A DNA stretch of 64,000 bases from positions 34,534,001 to 34,598,000 of the forward strand of contig NC_082724.1 in NCBI RefSeq assembly GCF_030144855.1, in the 5' to 3' direction. The notes beneath the pieces are model-generated. The model worked only from the letters and a program-made list of their open reading frames with translations, did no database searches and had not been told where the DNA came from. Source of the stretch: Hypanus sabinus. Taxonomy: Eukaryota. Positions 25,901 through 37,900 of this stretch are shown here, one piece after another (position 1 is the stretch's first letter; each line of letters opens with the position of its first letter). The position numbers and the translations under genes are program-made.

Positions 25901-28900
25901 TGCAACTTAACATTTCAATTATGAAGCAGTAACTGGGATAAAACCATCTTCAGCTAAAGTCAACTAAAATCAAACTGAGGATTTATGTTATACATGAAAA
26001 GCTGGAGGAACTCAGCAGGCCAGGCAGCATCTATGGAAAAGAGTATACAGTCGACATTTCAGGCTGAGACCAAAACGTCGACAGTTTACTTTTCTCCCCC
26101 CCATAGATGCTGCCTGGCCTGCTGAGTTCCTCCAGCATTTTGTATGTATTACTTTGATTTCCAGCATCCGCAAATTTTATCGTGTTTGAGAATTTACTCA
26201 AGTATATATAATTTAGATTTTTCACCCCAAATGGAGAAACACTCAACTACTGAGTAAATAAAGTTTGGCAAATCACTTTCCAACCTGTTTATATTTCCCA
26301 ATATCGAAAAAAGTATAGTAAATGATTTTTTCCATTTGAAGAGTGTTTGGCACGTGCATGGATAGGTGGTTTGGGAAGAGGAACAGTTATATTATAGATG
26401 ACAAATGAGTGAACCAATGGCAGAGTACAATTAGACACTTCAGAACGTGAGGTGTGGTGGGGGGGTGGGGGAAGGTGCTGGAGATGAAAACGGATTATGG
26501 AGATGAAGGCAAAGACAAAGGAAACACCCTATTGTTGTCTGGGAGTCAGATGTGAGAAATGAGATTGCATTATCGGGGACCACAGAAAACACAGTAGAGT
26601 GTAAACATAAGCTGAGGAAAATGAAAGGCACAAGAACAGTGATATAGAAGATGGTATTGTCAGAAAAAGTAGTTCCAAGGTGGAAGATGCAGTGGAAGGA
26701 AGAGTTTGGGTAATAGAAAAACAGAAAACATTGACAATCCATAAAAGGTCAGAGAACATCAGTGGAAAGTAAGAATTTCTCAGGTTGATTAGAACTAATA
26801 AAAATAATAAGTATTGACTGAAAATTGCTGGACAGTATTTGTTGAGGAAGACTAATGTACCTAATGGATAGATGGAGTGCTCGAGTTCTTTTTGATCTAG
26901 CCTTCCTCTTAATTGATGGTACATAAATATCAGTACCTGTATATATTATTAACGAGAAGGGCAGATGAACAATAGAGTAGCATAGATATACAGATCTTTA
27001 AAAACCGGCATAAAGGATTGTTAAGACAAACAGCACAGCTTAATACATCAACAATGACTTGAGCATAACAGCAAGGTTGTGATCAAATTTAGTACAGGAG
27101 ATTGGCCACACCAGAGATGGGTATTATGCCACTTCTTGACAGTCAATTACAGAATGGATTCTCAATTTAAAGAATAGGAGTGGAAAAAATACTGTAATAA
27201 GAATCAATTTATTATTCACTTAGTCAATAAGGAATACATTTTCAGGCAGTAATGTTTACCTACCAAGCATACAGAATTAACTCAATTAAAATAGGAACAG
27301 AGAGCATTGAATAATAAATAGTTTCAAGTTATAGCCCAAAAAAAATGTTTCTATTGATTGGTAGTATTGATAATTACTAAAAGAGGAAATTAATAAAATA
27401 CTTAAGCACAAATGCATAGTAAATTATCAAAATTGCCATAAATGCCAGAACTAAAATATTTAAAATCTACAAAAGACTATTTAAGGCACAAGATTCAGGA
27501 TGCCACTTTAAATATCCCAATTTTTCTAATTATAAATTAAATTAGCAATTTACTCACCTGCTATTTTCATCTTCAGTCTTTTCAAGCCTGGCTCTTTCCG
27601 ACTCCAACTGAGCTAGCAACCTGCTTTTCTCTTGACGCAATAAGCTGCTTTGTGAATCCAGTGAAGAGATTTGCATTCTAAGAGAAAGCAGTTCTTCAGA
27701 GACTGTCCGCTCTTTTTCTACAGCAGCTGCAAGCTGAGCTTGACCATCAGCTAACAAAGAGAAAGATTTTTTTTTGGTGCATTAACATCTCCATGGGTAA
27801 TAAACTGCAAACTTTACTTATTACTGTACATGAAAGCGTTAGTTACTTAAAATAACTTTTTCTGTTATCTAAAATGCAACTATTACAACCATCAAGTGCA
27901 CATTTTCTTCACGTTCACTTTTAAACATGGCAAAACATTGCTAGTGATTGGAACAGCAGCTAAATTCAACCAACACTCTGCATGCCAAGTATTTCAAAGT
28001 ACATTTGCCATTTCAAGGTAGTTCATCTGCAAAAAAACAAGCTGCTGCTTGCAGGAAGTGAACTAGGCATATAATTAAACAAATGTGTTGGACTGATCAC
28101 AGTGATGCTGGGACAGATCTTCCTGATCCCAAAGCTTTTAATTTGTATATCAGAGTACTTTCCAAAACATTATTAGCTTTAACATAGCAGAAATGAAGCA
28201 GCAGCAATTATTTGGCATTGTTTGAATGGCATTTAAAAAAATATCCTCCCGAAGTACCACATGATCTCCATCAAAATTAGATTGGATACGATTATTAAAC
28301 AACTTAGCAAGTAGCAAAGATAGATTATGCTAGCAGATTCATGAGAAAATAAAATCAGAATTAGCTTGATGGACCAAATGGCATTCATTTTAATATTGTA
28401 GTGTTAATTATTCTTTGCTTCTCCCAAGAAGTTATTCCAAATATTTTAAAATTTTGTTATTCAACAATGAAATACAAAATTGTTCTTTTCAAATATTTTC
28501 CACTAAATCAAATTTCTCCAGTCTACAGCAATTGTATAATGAGAGAAACACATCAAATACTTAGCAGTTCAGGCAGTAGAGTTGAAAGCTGCAACTTAAG
28601 ATCTGGATTAAATTTCTTCCAGCTATCAGAATTGGAGTTTATTATCACTGACATACGATTTGTAATGTGTTTTCTGACAGTCACAGTGGAAAGACAAATC
28701 TATAAACTACAAAATAAATAGCGCAAATAAAAGGCATAATAAGGTAGTGTTCATGGATCATTCAGAAATCTGATGGCACAGGGAAAGTACATGTAGAAAG
28801 CAAATTAAACATATTGCATCAAAGCCAATGAACAATTACATAGAAAATCTATTGGCATTCCTTAAAGATTTAACAAATACAATTCAAGTAGTTGACTGGA

Positions 28901-31900
28901 AAATAAGCTCAATGCATGCGTAATATTGTTAGTTACCTAGTCGATTAGACAAGTTTTTTTCCAATTTTTCCCAAGTTGCTGACTGCGCCACAAGCGTGGC
29001 CTGTAGATTTTCAATCTGTCGCAGAAGTGGTCTGCTTGCAGATGTAACACTTTGGCTTAACTCCTGGTTTCGATTATCTGCTTCCTGAAGTCTCTTTAAA
29101 ATTCATACATTAAAAATATTTACCTTATGGGGTACTTTAGTCTCGTCAGATAAACAAAATGTGAACTAATATGTAATTACAGTTATAAATAATCTAAATG
29201 GATTGAATGGCCCAGATTACATGGGCAAGAGAAAAGTGAAGAAATTGCAACACAAAGCTATAATTCATTTTAATACTGGAAATCAAAATATTGTATAATG
29301 GGTTATATATTACGACACTCTGGTCAAATAGGTTGCATGCCAAGAAGATTGAAGTATCTAACTACCAGTTAAATATAGCTCTTCATAGAATAACCTGACA
29401 CCTCCTCCACCCAACCCACTACCCCCTGCCCTCGGCAGATCAAAGCCTCCTTAGCCAATATGGAATTATAATAGCAATCTGGAGTACACATAACTAATTT
29501 TCACCTATTCTAATCCAGAGATACGAAGGCTAAGCTTGCTGCTGTGTAAATAATGAGATCAATCGAAGAACTTTTTGCTATATGTATAAAGATGTTTGGT
29601 TCAGCCTGTAAATATGTTTAATTTGACAGGAAAATTATGGCCAAAGTAAAAAATGAACTGAGCTTGCTTTCTTCCTAGTTGTCTCCTTCTAAATCATCCA
29701 AACCTGATTTCATAAATATACAGTGATAATGAATACCTGTTGAAGTTCACTAATTTCTTGACGCAAGTAGTCCTCCTTCCTGGCTTGCTGTTGTTCAGCC
29801 CGTTGGAGACCCAGCCTAAGATCTGCCACCTATATACCAGCCAGAAATAACCAGATTAACACACTATGCAATATATGAACTATGCAAGACAATACGAAGC
29901 ATAACATTCAAGGTTTTTTTCCCCTACAGACTGTCTAGAAACTGAAATGTATAATTTATAACTGAGGATGCAGTATTATTTATAAAAATTGATACAGATT
30001 TAAATATTTTAGAAAATAACAATTATACACAACAATTTATAATAAAATATACCAGTCCTTTCCAGCTTATGATATAAACATGCATTTGAGAGACAAGAGG
30101 AATGGATTTGCTAGTTATAGTGGGGCTGCAGGCATCTTCTGCCATTCCAATTTGCAGGTGGTCCAGGTCAACAGTTCAAAGGAACAGAACACTGCCATAA
30201 CCTGGGGTGGGACCTATAAACCTTATGAAAAACAGAAGGTGAACAAGTACCACCTGTTCAGTAGCCACTGCTGTTATTTGAACTTTCAAGGACTCTGCAT
30301 CTCATGCTCTCAACATTTACTGTTTGCTTGTTTATTTATTTATTTTGAATTTGCAGTTTGTCTTTTGCACACCGGCTGTTTGCCTAATTGTGTGCGGTTT
30401 TTCAGTGATTCTATTATGTTTCTTAGATTTACTGTGTATGCCTGCAAGAAAACGAATCTTAGGGTTTTATATGGTGACATACATGTACTTTGATAGATAC
30501 ATAAATTTGTCATATTATGCATTGTGCACTCAGTGGCCACTTTACTAGGTACACTTGTATATCTGCTCATTAATGCAAACGTCTAATCAATTGTATAGCA
30601 GCAACTCATTGCATAAAAGCATGCAGACACGGTCAAAAGGTTCCGCTGTTGTTCAGACCAAGCATCAGACTGGGGATAGGTCAGAGGAGAATGGTCAGGC
30701 AGGTTCAAGGTGACAGGAAGCCAACAATAACTCAAATAATCACGCATTACAACAGCAAAGAGCATCTCTAAAGGCACAACACATTGAAGTGGATGTGCCA
30801 CAGCAGCAAAAGACCACGCCGGATCCCCCTCCTGTGCTTACAGTCACTGTGAATATTGTTAAATTAATAAATTATAGTAGTCTACCATGTAATTTTAATC
30901 AAAAGCATTTTCAGGAAGTTCAATTAACCAAATTTAATGCAAGAATAAGCACTATAACAATGACACTAACTTGAACCGCTAGCGCCTCCTGTTGCTGCCT
31001 CGCCTCTTCCTGGGCTCGCTCCAGAGCCACTGACAGTGCCTCCTTGGTTTTAATCTCATGACTCAGAGCTGCTTCCTGGGCTTCACTATCTTTAGCTGCG
31101 TTTACCCTATGTAGTTCAGCAAGCTCCCTGAAAATAATAAAAATCAATGTCAAGAGAAATTACTAAAAACCTTTAAAAGAGAAAACAAGTGTAAATCAGA
31201 AACAGCCTCAGAAATTCAAAGCTGTTTTCTGAACCAAGGAGCGTGGCTGAGTAAACTTAATAGTTAGTTCCTCCTAAATTAAGCCAATTCTGCATAAACA
31301 ACAAGCTCTACTCCAGTGAACAAAAACTGGAAACAGGATTACATATTGTAGCCAAAATTCCCTGGCCAGGTCCATCATGTGAAACTAGCTCCCAACGATA
31401 AAAACTACAGAATTAGTAAATTTGCTGTTAAAAATCAACTCGTGCTCTTGGAAAGAGAGGAGGGACTTCTACCAAATTACTGTCTGCAGAGCACAGGAAT
31501 GGGCTCTTCCTCATTTAGGTGTGAAATACAGCAACCTGAAACCCTAAAGCAAAATGGTAAGCAAAACAGTATTCAATAAGTAGCTGTTCACTTTAATATA
31601 TCCTGTGCTTAAAAATAATAAAAATTAAAAATTAAAAACAGACTTAAAAATAATGTTTAACTATTTTCTTCCAGCCCTTCAAGTATGAAATGTAAATCAT
31701 GTATCCTACTCTTACTTGTATGAGTTGTCAAGTGCAGACTGAAGGCTCCGATTATTTTCTTGAAGCTCATCCAAGTTCATTTGAAATTTGCTAATCTCTT
31801 TTTCTTGTCTCTCTACCACATCATGCAACTTCTTGATATTCTCTCGATGCTGTTTTTCCACTTCTTCTTTACCATCAAGTACCTGCAACAAAAAAATGAA

Positions 31901-34900
31901 AGAAAACTCCCATTTAGACTAATGTATATAGAACTAGTCATTAAACGTAAGCTACTAAACTGTTATAACTTTCAAACTAAATTGCTCACTTTTCTGAAAT
32001 ATATATTATGCTATTAACCACTGCATACAAACAGACCGTAACGCTATAAAAGAGAGGTTGTCAGGGCCTGACCAAAACATTACCCTTAGACTTAATACAA
32101 AATGAAGTGGTATTTCAAAAGTAGTTATGTTGTTGCTGGAAGCAATATTTTAATATTCTGAGACCATTTTAAGGTCAGTATGAATTTCATTCTCTCACCT
32201 GCTGTAGATGCTTAATTTCCTCCTCTTGTTCTTTTGTCTTCTTGCTCTGTTTTGAAATCAGTGTCTCATGTTCTTTTTCTTTCATCCTTAGTTTCTTTAT
32301 TATGTTTGAATTGTGCAAGTGTTGCTTCGAGAGCTTCTCTCCTGAAACCATGAATGGTATATTGAATATAAATTATGTTTTCTGACTTCTTATTTCAAGC
32401 AACCAAAATAATACTGTTACGTCTGTAGCCCCCTCCTTTGTGAGAATCGCAAGATCACCGGTGGATTGGGTCAAGTGGCTCAGGAAATGAGAGTGGGACG
32501 TGCAAAATGCCTCGTTTCCCCGGCGATGTAAAGCTACACGGGACATGGCCATTGTCTCCGGAAGACCAAGTTGTGTATTGAGTACTGTACTATTCATTGA
32601 AGCCCCTCAGGGGATGACCAGAGTGGGTTGGTTGAGGGATTGCATCATCCCAATCTGATTAACATTGGAGACCCCTTGAGGAAGTATAAAAGAGGGTCTG
32701 GGGAACAACCCCTTCAGACGCACCAGAAGTAACTTTAAGCGACCACTTAACACCAGGAAGTCATCTGAAGGAAGCCACTTGCATTCGATTCCGTGGCTGG
32801 AATTGGTGGCTGGAACCACGGGAAAACAGCTTTTAGCTAACAACGGGGAAGCCCGCTCCCCTGACTCAACGATTGGCATCATAAACGACCTGGGGCAAGT
32901 TTAAACCGCATCACTTTTAAACCAAACAACGCTGCAGCTTGAACGAACTGATAGTGACTGTTATCTTTCCATCAGACAATACATCAACCCCTAGACAACA
33001 ATAGAGCTATTTCTTATTGGTTATTATTATACCCGCGCTTAGATTTAGTATTGACGACGTATATTATCTGTATGTTTGCATTAATCTTATTTTTGTGCCC
33101 TTTATCAATAAATACTTTTAAAAATAGTACCATCAGACTTCAACGGACCTCTCTATCTTTGCTGGTAAGTGATCCAGTTACAGGAATTCGTAACAAAGTT
33201 GGGGTTCTCGTCTTGGGATTTGACACCAAATTGGGAGGCCAGTGAATCGGGATTGTAAGTCCAAAACTTGGATCTGGTTACGCGGGTAGCCAGACGGGAA
33301 AGCAGCAAAGATGGACGTGGGTGAATTTATAGAAAACCCGACTCTGGAGGCGCTGGAGGTGGCCTCCAAATCGGACTTGATAAATTTGGCGAAGGAGTTA
33401 AACCTCGCTGGGGTGAGGTTGTCAATGAAAAAGTGGGAGGTGCGAAGGGCACTAACTCAGTATTATTTTGGGAAGAATGTGTTTACAGATGAGGTATTGG
33501 AAAATATCCCTGAAGAGGCACCCACTAGTGGGACGGCTCAGTCAGAGTTGGAGAAATTAAAGTTGGAACATGCAATTAAGTTAAAGCAGCTGGAGGCAGC
33601 CGAGAGAGAGAGCAAGAGGGGGAGGGGGAGAGGGGGAGAGAGAGAGCATGAAATGAGGTTAAAACAGCTGGAAGCAGATGAAAAAGAGAAACAGAGGAAA
33701 CATGACTTGGAGATGTTGAAGTTATGGCAGGAGCCACGAGTTCTGGGGTCACACCGAGAGGAGCTGTTCAATGTTAGTCGAGAGTTGAGGTTAGTACCTC
33801 CGTTCGAGGAGACGGATGTGGATAGTTATTTCTTGCTTTTTGAAAAGGTGGCCGTGAATCAGAAGTGGCCCAGAGGTCAGTGGGTGATGCTGTTACAAAG
33901 TGTGTTAAAGGGGAAGGCACAGCAGGCATATACGGCGTAGGCCATGGAGGAGGAGAGTTATGACAAAGTAAAGGAGGCCATTCTCCGGAGTTATGAGCTA
34001 GTACCTGAGGCATATAGACAAAAGTTTAGAAATTTAGAGAAAGGGTGGAATCAGACGTATACCGAGTTTGCCTATGAGAAGGGTGTGCTCTTGGACTGGT
34101 GGTGCACCACAGAGAGAATGGAAGAGGATTATGGGCATCTCAGGGAGTTAATTCTGATTGAGGAATTTAAAGGTTGTGTTTCGGAGGATATCCGGACGTA
34201 TTTGAATGAGAAGCCGCATAAGTCCATCTCGGAATTTGCTAGGTTCACCGATGAATATGCCCTAACCCACAAGACAAAGTTTTCCTCGAATAAAAGTTCC
34301 CAGAGAGACCGGGGGAACGATCGAGAAGGTCCGCCGGCTGAGGCAGCGGTCCTGCCGGAAGCTAGTGGTAAGGTTGAGGGGTAAAGGCCAGACGGCCAGA
34401 GATTTCCGGGCTTGACCTGTTTTAATTGTGGAAGGGGGGGCATATTGCATCTCGGTGCTTTGCTCCAAGTAAAGAAACAGGAAAAGGGACAGCAGCAGTC
34501 CCTATCAGATGTGCCGTGGTAATCAGTAAATCGACAAGAGAGCCCCAGGTAGACAGAGTACAAGAAGGGTCTGAGACTTGTCTGTCACACAGAACCGTGT
34601 CTGTGAGGGAGGGGGACACACCAGTTCCCATACGGATCTGGAGAGACACAGGGGCTGAGCTGTCGTTATCAGCAGTAAGGTACTAGAGTTTGGTCGCAAG
34701 ACGAGGATGGTAGCTGTGAAGGGAATAAGTAAAGGAACAGAAATGGTTCCCTTACATAAGGTCATTATGAATTGTGAGCTCGTCTCTGGACCAGTTGAAA
34801 TAGGGGTGCGATCAGAATTCCCGAGAACTGACGCAGACGTCCTTCTCGGTAACGATTTAGCAGGTGGTAAGGTTTGGTCGGCAATGCTGCCGACCCGCCA

Positions 34901-37900
34901 ACCAGCGAGTGCAGTGGCCCCGCCCCTAGATTCCAAGATCTATCCCGCATGCGCGGTCACTCGCAGCCTGCCGAGAGAGGCAGCTGAGAATGAGAGCAGT
35001 TTAAATCTGGCCAGTTTTGATTTGGCCGAGACGTTTCTACCGACCCTGTACCACGAGGGTTTAGAGGGTGGTAAAATGAAGAGTAGTAAAGTGAAAGAGG
35101 GTAAGGGAGCAGAGGTAGATCTGCCCTTAGCAAGGAGAAAGGTCCTAGAGGCAGAAAATAAAGATGAGGAACCAATAGAGCGGTTAAGAAGTCCAGAGTT
35201 GGACAGGGATGATCTGTCTGGTTTGGCAGAACTGTTTGAAGAGGTTGAAAATTCTAAAGGTGTTCCCGATAATGAAATGAGGACAAGGGTGATGAAAAGG
35301 GTGCACTTGCCTTGAAGAAGTCTGCTGGGTTGGCAGATGAGGTTGTTTCAGCCCGTGGGGTTGAGTTTACTCCGGAAGGGAGTTGCCCAGAGAGTACCTG
35401 GGAGGATCAGGGAAACGTAGAATTTGAAAAGGGTACAGGTATTGAAAGCCTGGAAGAGGCCAATATCCCGTTTGAGTGTGTCCAAGATGGGGATGCACGT
35501 GGTACTGAACCTAGCAACGGAGCTCAGAAAAAGTCTGAGGTATTTGATTCAGTGGATCGAGACGGCCGTCCTTGTGGGTCAGATAGACTTGGTTCAGTGA
35601 AGAAAGGGTTAACCTTGGTAATAGTGGGAAGTGAGAGTTCCCAGGTGTGTGTGCTCGAAGGTGTGCTGAAAGTCAACGCGGAGTTCACAAATGGGGAGAT
35701 AAATATTATCATTGAAGGAAACGGGAAATCTATAGTTCCCAAAACGAATGAAGAAATTTTAAACCCTGCCGATCGCTTACCGATTCAGCCGGAAGGTGAC
35801 GGGGCCCCCCACGCTATTGTTATTCCACAATGGGGTGTGAAGAGGCAGAATTTGAAATGCTGCTTAAGCAAAGCGGTCGAACGAGAAACACGTAGCCTGA
35901 AAGGTCCTGACGAGAGGGTTAACCACCTGTGTAACATTAAAGAGTGGGGTGGAAATTCAGAAGATGGTCTAAGGTTGGGACACGGTGTTGATAAAATAAT
36001 TCCTATATCTCGCCACATTACCCAAGCTCCCCACGTGGGAAGGACCTGGAAACGAGGCGAGGGTTAATGGGAACGCCATGTTTAAATAGCAAAGCCAGTA
36101 GTATGGGATTTCGACACAGCCTGTGAATAATAAAGACAATCCCCTTGAAGCCTGCCTGTTCAGTTTGAAAATGACAGAAAGATTTGTAGTTCCATAAACT
36201 TTTGTAGATGCACGGAAGCTGAGATCACACCTCCTTAGAGTTGTTGCTGAAGGAAAGAAATAAAAATAGGCGGTTATTAAATTGAACTCTGATGCTACAA
36301 GACACGATGTTAAGGTATTGAAGAAAGTGACACTGTAATCGTTAACTGTTTAGATACTGAAGTGAATGTATCACTGTATTACTCTGTAGAAAAAAAACTT
36401 TGGTGGTGTTGTTAGATTCTAACACCCTGTGAAACTCTGTATTCGTTTTTTTCCGATGGTAAAAAACGCCTTGAAGAAAGGGGGTGTTATGTCCGTAGCC
36501 CCCTCCTTTGTGAGAATCGCAAGATCACCGGTGGGTTGGGTCAATGGGCCTAGGAAATGAGAGTGGGACGTGCAAAATGCCTCATTTCCCCGGCGGTGTA
36601 AAGCTACGGGACATGGCCATTGTCTCCGGAAGACCAAGTTGTGTATTGAGTACTGTACTATTCATTGAAGCCCCTCAGGGGATGACCAGAGTGGGCTGGT
36701 TGAGGGATTGCATCATCCCAACCTGATTAACATCGGAGACCCCGTGAGGAAGTATAAAAGAGGGTCTGGGGAACAACCCCTTCAGACGCACCAGAAGAAA
36801 CGTTAAGCGACCACGTAACAGCAGGAAGTCATCTGAAGGAAGCCACTTGCGTTCGATTCCGTGGCTGGAATTGGTGGCTGGAACCACGGAAAACAGCTTT
36901 TAGCTAACAACGGGGAAGCCCGCTCCCCTGACTCAACGGATTGGCATCATAAACGACCTGGGGCAAGTTTAAACCGCATCACTTTTAAACCAAACAACAC
37001 TGCAGCTTGAACGAACTGATAGTGACTGTTATCTTTCCATCAGACAATACATCGACCCCTAGACAACAATAGAGCTATTTCTTATTGGTTATAATTATAC
37101 CCACACTTAGATTTAGTATTGACGATGTATATTATCTGTATGTTTGCATTAATCTTATTTTTGTGCCCTTTATCAATAAATACTTTTAAAAATAGTACCA
37201 TCAGACTTCAACGGACCTCTCTATCTTTGCTGGTAAGTGATCCAGTTACGGAAATTCGTAACAAAACTTAAATAAATACTTTAAGTAATTTTCTAACAAA
37301 AGCAAAATGCAAATGAAGTCTAATTACTCTTTTTCTCCGTGTCAAAAGCAATGGACCTGAACAGCAACAATTTTCTTTTATTTATTCCCTTCTTTGCCAC
37401 ATTTACATGTCCAAATAAAGATGAAAATTACAGATGCGCACTACATATGGGTGCATATTTAGTTATAATGTTTCGATCAACTGACATACAGTGGCATGCA
37501 AAAGCTTGGGCACCTCTGGTCAAAATTTCTGTTACTGTAAATAGTTATGTGAGTAGATGATGAACTGATCTCCAAAAGTCATAAAGTTAAAGATGAAACA
37601 TTCTTTTCAACATTTTAAGCAAGATTAGTGTATTTTTTTTGTTTTGTACAATTTTAGAGTGGGGAAAAAAGGAAAGGAGCACCATGTAAAAGTTTGGGCA
37701 CCTCAAGAGACTTGAGCTCTCAGGTAACTTTTACCAAGGTCTCAGACCTTAATTAGCTTGTTAGGACTATGGCTTATTCACAGTCATCGTTAGCAAAGGC
37801 CAGGTGATGCAAATTTCAAAGCTTTATAAATACCCTGACTCCTCAAACCTTGTCCCACAATCAGCAGCCATCAGCTCCTCTAAGCAGCTGCCTAGCACTC

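Larger units (their letters stand above)
32415..37263 (+). mobile_element. Two-LTR Gypsy (Gmr1-like) retrotransposon, Gag-protease only, decayed; TMF1 intron 5, antisense to TMF1
   Basis: LTRs 32415-33195 and 36485-37263 (TGTTA...TAACA); PBS, PPT; imperfect 4-bp TSD ATAC/AAAC; SCAN-related gag, CCHC knuckle, RDTGA protease. Confidence 0.93.
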
